NCBI GenBank assembly: GCA_963775685.1
Contig: CAVZJV010000014.1
Span: forward strand, 896,001 to 960,000
From: Candidatus Bathyarchaeota archaeon
Lineage (GTDB): Archaea; Thermoproteota; Bathyarchaeia; Bathyarchaeales; Bathycorpusculaceae
Direction of reading: 5' to 3'
Length of the DNA stretch: 64,000 nucleotides
The position numbers and the translations under genes were made by a program. Each line of letters opens with the position of its first letter. Position 1 is the first letter of the stretch. A model generated the notes under the pieces. The model was not told the origin of the DNA. It saw nothing but the letters and a program-made list of their open reading frames with translations, and made no database searches. This document shows positions 55,072 to 64,000 of the stretch, piece by piece.

Positions 55072-55902
55072 TTAAGGATTGATATTTCCCTTCTTGAAGC
55101 AAATAAAAGATCGCTGTAAGTTGCTTCTAACTAACTCAAAACCAGATTGTTTGAACTTAGCGATGATCATTTCGCTTATTTTTTTAGAATGAGCCATTAT
55201 TAAGTAGACATCAATCTTTCTCAAAATTACTGGATCTAAGCTTACAATGCTTTTCTCGGCGCCCTCACAATTAAATTTAGCTACATCCGCATGGCTTTCT
55301 TCTATTATGTGTGCTAGATTTCGTATTTTAATTTGCATTTTATGCTGACCTATGCCATCAGTTCTGAAACCAAGGTCAGCTATTTGATACGAAATCGTTT
55401 CAATGTTATCATGGGTACCAATACCTTCTTTATGGATTTCAGCGTTTACTTGATTCAATGACATGTTTTGTTTAATTAACTCTTGATGGGTTTCAACTGG
55501 TTCGTAAATTATTATTTTCTTAGCGCCATTTTTGAAGAAAAACGCAGCTGATTCTCCCTGAAATCCACCTACATCTAGGACTACTTTTCCTTGATAATCC
55601 CAATCGTAGAACCCAGAATCAATTTCACCGACAGCTTGCAACATGTCCGAGGAGCCCACGAGGGTAATCGCATTATCTTTAATTTTAAACAAGTCGTCAC
55701 TAATTTGCAAAACTTTGTAGCCGGATTGCTTGATTTCTCTCACTTTCCAATATTGAGACCATGTCAACCAGAAAGTAGACCCGTCGCGAAAAAATATGGC
55801 TTTCTTTTTGCAGTTTTCTGAGAAAAGGATAGCCGTCCAAAAGTTACGAGTAGTAGCAACTGTCCTAATTAGACCTTTTATGGATACTATACTAATTCTC
55901 AA
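55072..55902 (-). CDS. FkbM-family methyltransferase
   Basis: VLDVGGFQGES, YEP, KFNCEGAE. Confidence 0.8.
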   Translation of the reverse strand: MRISIVSIKGLIRTVATTRNFWTAILFSENCKKKAIFFRDGSTFWLTWSQYWKVREIKQSGYKVLQISDDLFKIKDNAITLVGSSDMLQAVGEIDSGFYDWDYQGKVVLDVGGFQGESAAFFFKNGAKKIIIYEPVETHQELIKQNMSLNQVNAEIHKEGIGTHDNIETISYQIADLGFRTDGIGQHKMQIKIRNLAHIIEESHADVAKFNCEGAEKSIVSLDPVILRKIDVYLIMAHSKKISEMIIAKFKQSGFELVRSNLQRSFICFKKGNINP

Positions 55903-56064
55903 ACACTATCTCTCAGCTATTTCTTCCAAGCATAATATTTAGGTATTACTAATTACAGCCTAAATTTGTGTGGAGCAAATAACTTAAAAAGATAAGCTCT
56001 CCAAAAATATTTTGACTCATTATCTTGAGGTTATCGGTAAACAATCTATAAAGTTGCGGGATTT

Positions 56065-56979
56065 TCATGGCTCTTGTAAAATAGTCTCTTCATGAATTTG
56101 TTTCATGTATTCAATTGCTAGTTCCCTTACTTTTCGAAGATATCCTATAGGAACTCCGTCCAAATAACCTTCGTCAGAACACCCTTCCGTCCTTGAGCTA
56201 TACCATGCATGCCAAGCGAATATTTTTCCTTCAATCGAATAAGCGCAAAGTGCGGGTATTTTATTATGCCTGCTAGTTTCTAAGAAGAATATCTTCCCCT
56301 TTGCCTTAAACGACAATCCATGGTAAGGCTCAGGTGAATCTGTATTTTTATGAAAAAAAGCAAATTTGCCAAAAAGCTCATTTATCGTACTAGGTTGTAA
56401 TGCCATAAATGACGCATGTACTAGGTTAAGGGTCCCGTATCTCGGTCCTATGAGAATTATCTCTCTACCTAATTTGGCAAATAAATTGTCAATATTTCTA
56501 TACAAAACGCAATCCTGATCCAAAAAAACTACAAGTTTGTCACCCTTTTCAGCGGCATAGTTCAACAAAAATTGCAATCCGTTTGTGTGGGAATATAACA
56601 AGCGGTCAACGCCAGTACTCAACACCCAATTTCGTTTTTTAGGAGCCGCAGCAAACAAGGTAATATTGTTGAATCGTTTTAAGGCTTCTTCGATAACGCT
56701 AATGTTGGCTTGTTTTGAGCCGTTATCTAAAACATAAATTTTACTATTCGGATATAAGAATTCAATTTGATCAATATTTAGCAAGAGAAAGTCAGGTGCA
56801 TTCCAGTGGACTATACAAAAAACTGGGTAACCATCCACCTTGCTACGAAGCAAAATGTTTCTTCTTGTTCTTGAAGCTACAAAAGTAAAGATCGATTTTT
56901 CAAAAAAACTTTTCAAAGTTCTTGGAACAAATCTAGAGGGTTGTATAAGGTAACCAACTCTATTAATTATCCTTTGCAT
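56065..56979 (-). CDS. GT-A fold glycosyltransferase-like protein
   Basis: IVHWN, VLDNGS, FLDQD. Confidence 0.65.
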   Translation of the reverse strand: MQRIINRVGYLIQPSRFVPRTLKSFFEKSIFTFVASRTRRNILLRSKVDGYPVFCIVHWNAPDFLLLNIDQIEFLYPNSKIYVLDNGSKQANISVIEEALKRFNNITLFAAAPKKRNWVLSTGVDRLLYSHTNGLQFLLNYAAEKGDKLVVFLDQDCVLYRNIDNLFAKLGREIILIGPRYGTLNLVHASFMALQPSTINELFGKFAFFHKNTDSPEPYHGLSFKAKGKIFFLETSRHNKIPALCAYSIEGKIFAWHAWYSSRTEGCSDEGYLDGVPIGYLRKVRELAIEYMKQIHEETILQEP

Positions 56980-57390
56980 TTTTTCTTTCTCCTCTTTTTT
57001 CTACCTTTGTTGGCTCAAACAGGTTACTCGATCTCATAAATGGACTAGTTTAGGTTAAATTGTCTTGTTGCGGTTAAACTTTTTTCACTAAAAATTTAAT
57101 TTAGCTTAAACATTTTATTATTCGTCAATACTTGTAGCAACGAATGTCATTAACTGAATTCAGAACAAGAAATTAAGTTGAACGTTTCTAAGGACTTTCA
57201 AGACATAGATTTTTGGTTAAAGATTAGAAGCAATGAGTCTCTTGGTAATATTTACAAGAAACCTATTGAAAATTTATTATTGTACTCTAAGGAGTTACTG
57301 ATTTTTAGAAAGATGGTTATTTTTTGTTTGACGCTACGAGATAAGTCACACTTGAATTACAGTCACTTACTGCTTTGTTTCCTAGATTAG

Positions 57391-58284
57391 CTATATCAAG
57401 AAAATCTTTGTTTTAGCACATTCTTCCCAGATATTTAAGCGCTCCAAAATACTGTAAAAGTAGATGTAAGGTATTAACTTGTAATCATCAATTGTCTTAA
57501 ACTTTTTTATGAAAAGGCTTGAAAAAACCAAAGGTGGAAAAAGAATTTTCAACAAATCAAATGGAAAAAGAATACGACCCAAAAGAAAGGTCTCATCTCC
57601 ATTTTTCTTAAATAGGTAGACTCGATTTCTAGCCCGCGTTGCTACTTTTAGGTATCGTTTTGGTGTTAGAATTACGCGGGGATGATAAACTATCATTATT
57701 GGATTAAAAAGTATTCTGCCATATTTCATAACCCTGAGAGCAATGTCTCTATCTTCAAGATAATCTAATTTTTCATCAAAGCCCCCAACCTCTTTCATAA
57801 CCTCTTTTTTATAAGCCATATTTCCAGTCATGAAATTGCCTCCATTTCGGTTTTCCAAAATACAATCAGAAAAGGTTGGCTCAAAGTCCTTGGATACGTA
57901 ATAAATTTTTCCTTCAACACCCACACAATCTGGTAACTTAAAAAACCTAAGTCCCTCTGAAATCCAGTTTCTAGAGACAGTGCAATCCCCATCGGTAAAG
58001 AAAATATAGTCACCAATTGCTTGTTGTACTCCAATGTTCCTACTTTTTGAAATTCCAAACCATTCGGGATTTCGAAAATATTTTATTCTTCCATTGTTAA
58101 ACTTTTCAATTATTTTCTTAGTATTATCAGTGCTGAAGTCATCTATTATGACGATTTCGAAATTTTCGAATGTTTGCTCTAGGATCGATTTAATGCAGGC
58201 ACCGATAGAAATTTCAACATTCCTGATGCACATTACTACACTAACTATTGGCGCCATGAGTTTCAATCCATCAAATAAATCCAA
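57391..58284 (-). CDS. GT2 glycosyltransferase
   Basis: IIDDFSTD, SRNIG, FTDGDC, GGFDE, EDRD. Confidence 0.92.
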   Translation of the reverse strand: MDLFDGLKLMAPIVSVVMCIRNVEISIGACIKSILEQTFENFEIVIIDDFSTDNTKKIIEKFNNGRIKYFRNPEWFGISKSRNIGVQQAIGDYIFFTDGDCTVSRNWISEGLRFFKLPDCVGVEGKIYYVSKDFEPTFSDCILENRNGGNFMTGNMAYKKEVMKEVGGFDEKLDYLEDRDIALRVMKYGRILFNPIMIVYHPRVILTPKRYLKVATRARNRVYLFKKNGDETFLLGRILFPFDLLKILFPPLVFSSLFIKKFKTIDDYKLIPYIYFYSILERLNIWEECAKTKIFLI

Positions 58285-58298
58285 TTATTTCTCATTAT

Positions 58299-59471
58299 TT
58301 ATTGGTAATCTCTTAATTCTTTTAGATTTTGGGCAAGTTTATCACTAACCGTAGCATAGGTTCCATTTCCTTGATAATTTCTGATTGCAGCTTTTTGCAT
58401 TTGACTAAACATTACTTTATCGTTGTACAATTTTCTAATTTCCTTTGCGACAAAAGATGGGTCTCTTACTTTCAACAAAATCCCTGTTACATTGTCGACA
58501 ACAGCCTCTGAAATACCAAATGCATCATAACCGACAACAATACAACCATATGCTTGTGCTTCCCACAACACATGACCTGCAGGTTCAAACTCTGAGAAAA
58601 TGTAAAATATCTCAGATTCGGAATATAATTTAATTAACTCTTCGTCTAAAACATGATTAATAATACTCACATTTTTCGGAACTCTAAATCGCTTAAATTT
58701 TGGATCTTTTCCAACTATTGTAATTCTAAACTCTTTCAAATATTTCGCTGCTTCTAATAAAACATCTAATCCCTTAGCTTTATAATCGATACCTATAGCG
58801 AGAATGGTTTTTTCATTCTTCAATAAGAATTGGTTGACTTCCACTTTTTTAGCTGCACCCCAACCTACTGGAAAAACTTTTTGAGGATCTATGCCATACT
58901 CCCTACAAAGCCCTTCTTTGCACCACTTCGAGAAAGTAAAAATACATAATGCGTTCGTATAAAGCTCCTTTTGAAGCCGATAAAAACTTTCTTTATAAAT
59001 GGTTGACCACCCTCTTAATTCGTCTTTTTGCATTGCAGAAGTTGGAGGATCCGCATAGTTATCAACAATTAATGCAAAAGGAACTTTAGGTTCGCTAACA
59101 TACGGTGAAAAAATAGCTTGCCATTGCAAAATCAAATCAGGTTTTGGATTCATTAAATTAACGTGAGAGGAAATAGTTTGGGACAATTTTTTTATGAAAG
59201 CAGGACGTCGAACTGTATTCAAGTATAACATTGGACGGCCTATTTTTGAAGGCAAACCTCTTTTATCCATTGAAGTGAGAATTTCAAAAAAGCAAATGAT
59301 CAAATTCTTTAGAAAGAATGGTTTTCTTGGGCTAATTTCAACATGGAAAAGATCTAAATGGGGAAAATTTCGTTTAAGTTCCTGAGTGAGATAAACTGCC
59401 CGCTTATCTGAATATACAAAGAGTATTCTATACTCTTTAATAGATTTTTTAATTGGAGAAATAAACCCCAT
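58299..59471 (-). CDS. GT4 glycosyltransferase
   Basis: KGLDVLLEA, SEFEPAGHVLWEAQAYG, DNVTG. Confidence 0.88.
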   Translation of the reverse strand: MGFISPIKKSIKEYRILFVYSDKRAVYLTQELKRNFPHLDLFHVEISPRKPFFLKNLIICFFEILTSMDKRGLPSKIGRPMLYLNTVRRPAFIKKLSQTISSHVNLMNPKPDLILQWQAIFSPYVSEPKVPFALIVDNYADPPTSAMQKDELRGWSTIYKESFYRLQKELYTNALCIFTFSKWCKEGLCREYGIDPQKVFPVGWGAAKKVEVNQFLLKNEKTILAIGIDYKAKGLDVLLEAAKYLKEFRITIVGKDPKFKRFRVPKNVSIINHVLDEELIKLYSESEIFYIFSEFEPAGHVLWEAQAYGCIVVGYDAFGISEAVVDNVTGILLKVRDPSFVAKEIRKLYNDKVMFSQMQKAAIRNYQGNGTYATVSDKLAQNLKELRDYQ

Positions 59472-59507
59472 GTCTATAGTACACCCTAAGCCTCAAGTGG
59501 TTCACTC

Positions 59508-60743
59508 TCATCTTTTTTCAATTGATAAGAGATAATTTGATAGGTCTCCAGCCACTTTTTCCCAAGTATATCCATCACAAATGATCTTACGGCCAGATTT
59601 TCCCCATTCAGCAAGTTTATCACTATTATTCAAAACATAAATCACGGATCTAGCAATTTCTATGGGAGTTACTGATTGAATATAAACGCCACACTTGCTA
59701 TCCCCAACTACGAACTTATGAGCTGGAATATCTGTCAAAATAACGGTCTTTTCCATAGCTAAATACTCTAGAAGTTTTAGTGGCGACTGAGACCTCCAAA
59801 AGGTATTGTCTGGCAATGGAACAATGCAAACATCCGCCATTTGGATAAATTTAGGAACTTTTTCATATTCTACTTGAGAATGGATAATGACATTTTCTTC
59901 AAGTTGATTTTCCTTAACAACTTCCGTCAACAAAGAGAGGGCCGGCCCGCGACCTAGCAAGAAAAGGACCACATCATAACCTTCTTTTTTTAATATTTTT
60001 AAGGATTCAATAGTCTCTTTCAATCCTCGGCTTGCGGTGAAGACTCCATGATAAAAGATGACAAATTTCTTGGTTAATCCATGTTCTGCTCTTAGGTCAT
60101 TGATTTCGTTACTGTTATTAGCAGTCTTAAAAAGCTGGTCTGAAACGCCTGATGTCCAAACTCCCACGTCATCTGGATTAATACCAAAACGACTGCATAT
60201 ATCTGATTTCATTAGAGGTGTGATAACTGTGATACCGTTGAATAACTTTTTGGCAATCAGCAATGAGACAGTAAACCAAAAATTCTGAAGAAAACCGAGA
60301 AAACCAAAAGTCTCTACTGGTACACTTCTAATATCCAAAATAACCTTAATGTGTTTGAATCTAGAAAGAATCATCAAAGGTATGAAACTAACAATTGACA
60401 CATCTGGCACTGTCATTATGTAGTTTGGTTTTCGGGAAATCAGAGAAAATGGGAGATAAAATAGTAGATCAATAGCATAAATTACTGACGAGAAAAGGGG
60501 TATATGCTTCACAGGTATGCTTGTTGTGAGTATTTCTGAGTTTCTAATTTTGAGTATGACAGATTTCTTTGACCTTGGAATTATTAGAAATGTACTAAAT
60601 TGTTTTTTCGAGAGTTCCTTTGATACTTCGATATCGGCCATTGAATGAAGAGAACAACCTAGCTGAAAATGGTTTGGTTCAACCCAAAGCAACTTTCTTC
60701 CTGAACCGTTAATTTTGATCGATTTTTCTTTTGATATCATCAA
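59508..60743 (-). CDS. GT4 glycosyltransferase
   Basis: YHGVFTASRGL, SPLKLLEYLAM, YTWEK. Confidence 0.9.
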   Translation of the reverse strand: MMISKEKSIKINGSGRKLLWVEPNHFQLGCSLHSMADIEVSKELSKKQFSTFLIIPRSKKSVILKIRNSEILTTSIPVKHIPLFSSVIYAIDLLFYLPFSLISRKPNYIMTVPDVSIVSFIPLMILSRFKHIKVILDIRSVPVETFGFLGFLQNFWFTVSLLIAKKLFNGITVITPLMKSDICSRFGINPDDVGVWTSGVSDQLFKTANNSNEINDLRAEHGLTKKFVIFYHGVFTASRGLKETIESLKILKKEGYDVVLFLLGRGPALSLLTEVVKENQLEENVIIHSQVEYEKVPKFIQMADVCIVPLPDNTFWRSQSPLKLLEYLAMEKTVILTDIPAHKFVVGDSKCGVYIQSVTPIEIARSVIYVLNNSDKLAEWGKSGRKIICDGYTWEKVAGDLSNYLLSIEKR

Positions 60744-60939
60744 ATCAGCTTTCCTTGTTTTTATTCCTCAACTTCAAGTATAGACTAAAAAGAGTTAATT
60801 GTGTGAACGGAATTTTAGTAAATAAATCTTAAACCTGAAGCTTTTCGATTCGTAAAATAGGTTTATACAATGCGTTCATGGTTTACATCAAATGAGACTC
60901 ATGTAACTTGCATTTCACTCATTCTAAAAGAGAATCATA

Positions 60940-62355
60940 TTAACTATGCTTTGAATTTTGGCGTATTGCATGAAGCTCAAAATTTTCGAAATCCCCAATT
61001 TTTTCTATTGTCAGTGAATTTTTTATACCTTCAAATAAAGCGTAGGGGTCAGTCCCCTTGAATTTTAGAATATACCCGATTTTATAAGTTTCTATAATTT
61101 TTGCCAAATAATCCAAAATTCCGTGTCCCCTGACTAGATGAACGACGCTTAATTGGGAAAAATAATTAACTTCCAAAGTTCGAATGCTTGGGATTACCAA
61201 CAAATTACTTGTACAGCAATCCTTCAATGATTGATATAATGGAATATCGTTGGGATTGACTAACATTTTGGAATCTTTAATGTTTTTCTTAAGTCGTAAC
61301 AAAGCTATAAGACTTAGAAAGAGCGCAATAAAAAGCGCTACAATAATTAAATAATTTAAATTATTCATAGATAGTCCAATTGCAATTCCAACAGGTACTA
61401 ATCCGTATTCGATATACCTATAATACTCGCCTATTAGGGATAACGAGGGAATCAAAACAATGAGTGCGATTAATAAATTGACAATACCCCAAAAAAATAT
61501 TTTTGCACTCAAATCTGAATTCAAAAAAACCAAATTATTGCCAATAACTGAAAGTATTATTACAAATATAACTAAATACCATGGATTTCTGGCTAATATA
61601 TAACTAAAATCATGTGCAAAATGGATTTTTCGTTTAAAGTTGTAAAATCGGATCCAAAAAATGTGCTCTTTCAGAATCTTGAGATAAAACCCTCTACTTA
61701 TAAGAATTGATATTAGAAGGCCAAGCAAAAAGGAAACAAAAAGAATAGGTTTGTTAAATATGATCATGTATGGGATTAAACCTAAGATTAGAGCTTGTAT
61801 AGTAAATTTATGAGCGAGACAAGCTAGCGCTACAAGAAGTGAGATCGAAAGAAGTGAAAACCAGTTTAATGGGCAAAAAATTGTTATACATACAATAATG
61901 GAGTAAAAAAAGATTCCCAGAGGTCTTGGTGAGAATTGAGTTATGAGATCAAAAGCTGAAAGATTAACAATTACAATTAGACATGAAAGTGTTGCAAAAA
62001 CAAAATTTAGAGTTAAGTTGTATGTTATTATCGCAGCTAGACTGCTTAAAAAAGAGAGTATAGCCAAATTTAGGTTCTTAGCTATCGTTAAATGAAATCT
62101 CAATGGGAAAAGTGCGGTAACATAGTGAAGTAAAGGGGGATAGATTAAATAGTTGTATCTTTTGTCACTCTCAAAAAAGATTACATTCTTAAGTGATGAT
62201 GGAAACTTCCATTTATTTTCCCGTATACTTCTGCTTATCGACAAATGGAAAAATGTATCACCGCTAAATAATTTATTTCCTGACAAGTAACGTCTAATGA
62301 TAATTAGAAGTACGAATGATAAGATATAACAAAAAAGAAATACAGCAATAATCAT
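60940..62355 (-). CDS. Polytopic membrane protein, GT-C-like
   Basis: Many TM segments; DTFFHL after TM1 and YPPLLHY; located in the glycan locus. Confidence 0.55.
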   Translation of the reverse strand: MIIAVFLFCYILSFVLLIIIRRYLSGNKLFSGDTFFHLSISRSIRENKWKFPSSLKNVIFFESDKRYNYLIYPPLLHYVTALFPLRFHLTIAKNLNLAILSFLSSLAAIITYNLTLNFVFATLSCLIVIVNLSAFDLITQFSPRPLGIFFYSIIVCITIFCPLNWFSLLSISLLVALACLAHKFTIQALILGLIPYMIIFNKPILFVSFLLGLLISILISRGFYLKILKEHIFWIRFYNFKRKIHFAHDFSYILARNPWYLVIFVIILSVIGNNLVFLNSDLSAKIFFWGIVNLLIALIVLIPSLSLIGEYYRYIEYGLVPVGIAIGLSMNNLNYLIIVALFIALFLSLIALLRLKKNIKDSKMLVNPNDIPLYQSLKDCCTSNLLVIPSIRTLEVNYFSQLSVVHLVRGHGILDYLAKIIETYKIGYILKFKGTDPYALFEGIKNSLTIEKIGDFENFELHAIRQNSKHS

Positions 62356-62617
62356 AAGATCATCTCAAGGTTTTTCAAAAACTGATTCTATCAATTTTTT
62401 TTGTGCATAAATATTTTCACAATTGTTTTTTTGAAAAAATTTAAAACAAAAATATGAAAAATTCTTTTAAACATAATTTTACAATATTTCGAAACGCCTT
62501 AGTATCAAAAATAGCTTTGTTTAGAAAGGGTATTTAATAGAGACCAAAATTATTCTATTTGTTTCTTGCTAAAATTTTATTAAAATCTGAATTCGTGTAA
62601 AGAAATTAGGCTTATTA

Positions 62618-64000
62618 TTACCCTTTTACTAAGATTAAGGATATACCATTGTTATACAAAACATTATAATTCGTACTGTTGATAGCTTTGTATATTGTGT
62701 AATTTTCACCAGCCATTGCATAAGAAAGTCTTTGTCCTAAGCCAGTCGTGTAAAGAATACCTGAATACTGATAAAATCTTGCAAAATTTGTAGTATCATC
62801 TCTTTCAATAAATGTACCGATGGTTTCTTCCAATTCTAGTTTTGAGAGAATGTAATCACTGACTGGACCATGAGTAAGAATTGTGCCGCCATTTGTCCAG
62901 TTGTATTTGTCTAGCATAAAGTTTTCAGCTTTGTACGCATCATCTGTTTGCGAAAAATCGATACCCTTTAAGAAAGAACCATGAAGAGGCATAAAAACTA
63001 AGAGAATTAGCAGAACCAAGAAAATTGCTGTTAGAAACTTTTTCAATTTTGTTTCGAACAAATATGCTGCCCCTATAGATACTGGGATAAAAGCAAGTGG
63101 AATTGCTCGTGCACCTAGAACCCAAAATACAAGACCAAATAAAAAGTAACCTAACCCAGTTAGAAAAATAGCTTTATCAAAGTCTCTAGTCTTTCGTTTA
63201 ATTATTAAAATAAGAAAGCCAATGGCGCAAATCGCTACAGTTATGATCAATTCCGCTGAAAGGACTTTTTGGGCTATCGCGTCAATGGGAACAATTACAG
63301 GTGTTACTGAAAGCCCCGCAATTCCAGAGACACTGGCATCAAGTTTCGTGAATTGCTGAACATAAGTGTTTAAGGCATTATTGGTTAATGTAAGTTGATA
63401 TAAAAGATAAATCGTTAAAAGAAGGACAAAGAGGTTTCTATTCCACGTATTTCTTCGCAAAATAGTTTTAATGGCTAAAAAAAGGACATAAAATACTGCT
63501 ACATATGCATGGCTTAGTGTCATGCCCACAAATAAGATAAGTATTATGAACATTCTACCAGAGTTCCATTTTTCGCCTTCAAGAGCTAAGGCAAGGAGCA
63601 TCAAAAGAAAAGCAATAGTAAATGGTGCAAACTGATAGTTCAGATAGTAATACATTGCGATAAAAAATACAACTACTGCCAGAAATCCGCCGTTCTTGTA
63701 TTGTTTGGTAGCAAAGATGAATAAAGCTGTGGTTAACATAATTCCGATAATTGCATACATTAGGAACTCGAAATTTGCCAGTTCCAATCCGCTCACAGAT
63801 GTAGCAATTTTTGTAAATAGAAAAATTGCAGGCCATTGAAAATAGCCCTTTCCAGGTATCGAGGAATCTAAATTGCCCGTTTTTAAAAATATTCGTTAAG
63901 TCCTCTAAAAAATAGCGAATCGGATGTTGCTAAGCGGTTATAAAAGAAAAATATTGAATACAGAAGTAGAACAATGCCTACGACCATTATCCACTTTAAG
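62618..64000 (-). CDS. Polytopic membrane protein (DUF2206-like, candidate glycan polymerase), runs off the window
   Basis: Frame continues upstream (YFQWPAIF), with a shift at the T5A5 run near 63885, to the window edge. Confidence 0.55.

Noticed and set aside
32730-60743. Aminoglycoside-like biosynthetic cluster (BtrN-like radical SAM, PIG-L, APH, GNAT, GT4)
   Set aside because: No cyclitol synthase or aminotransferase in the window; the flippase and many GTs point to a surface polysaccharide.

Overview
Archaeal genomic window. The gene styles (GGTGA/GGAG ribosome-binding sites, oligo-T terminators, AfpA, DUF763, DUF1616, a stand-alone EF-2 paralog) are most consistent with Bathyarchaeia, which is inference only. 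The sequence looks like a low-coverage long-read contig end: 514 A's, about 2.5 kb of ORF-free noisy sequence, and scattered single-base frameshifts. Region 1 (3.0-9.55 kb) is a small integrative element with a divergent tyrosine recombinase, a wHTH Rep-like gene, three RHH regulators around a symmetric palindrome, Zn-finger mini-genes, a membrane protein and two proteins sharing an N-terminal GHGYG motif. It abuts a 5'-truncated DUF763 gene. Region 2 (9.5-28 kb) is housekeeping plus decayed patches: LipS1-type radical SAM, P-type ATPase, EF-2 paralog, Isf/AfpA flavoproteins, SagB-type nitroreductase, Hsp20, ABC exporter, pseudogenes and tRNA-like remnants. Region 3 (27.5-64 kb) is a large cell-surface/exopolysaccharide locus with a TasA-like secreted protein, three PT-stalked membrane-anchored surface proteins, a CDP-sugar C-methylation cassette, flippase, many glycosyltransferases, tandem radical SAM/SPASM paralogs, an APH-like kinase and acetyltransferases. 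No CRISPR array, rRNA or intact tRNA was seen. All family calls are by-eye motif recognition, not database searches.
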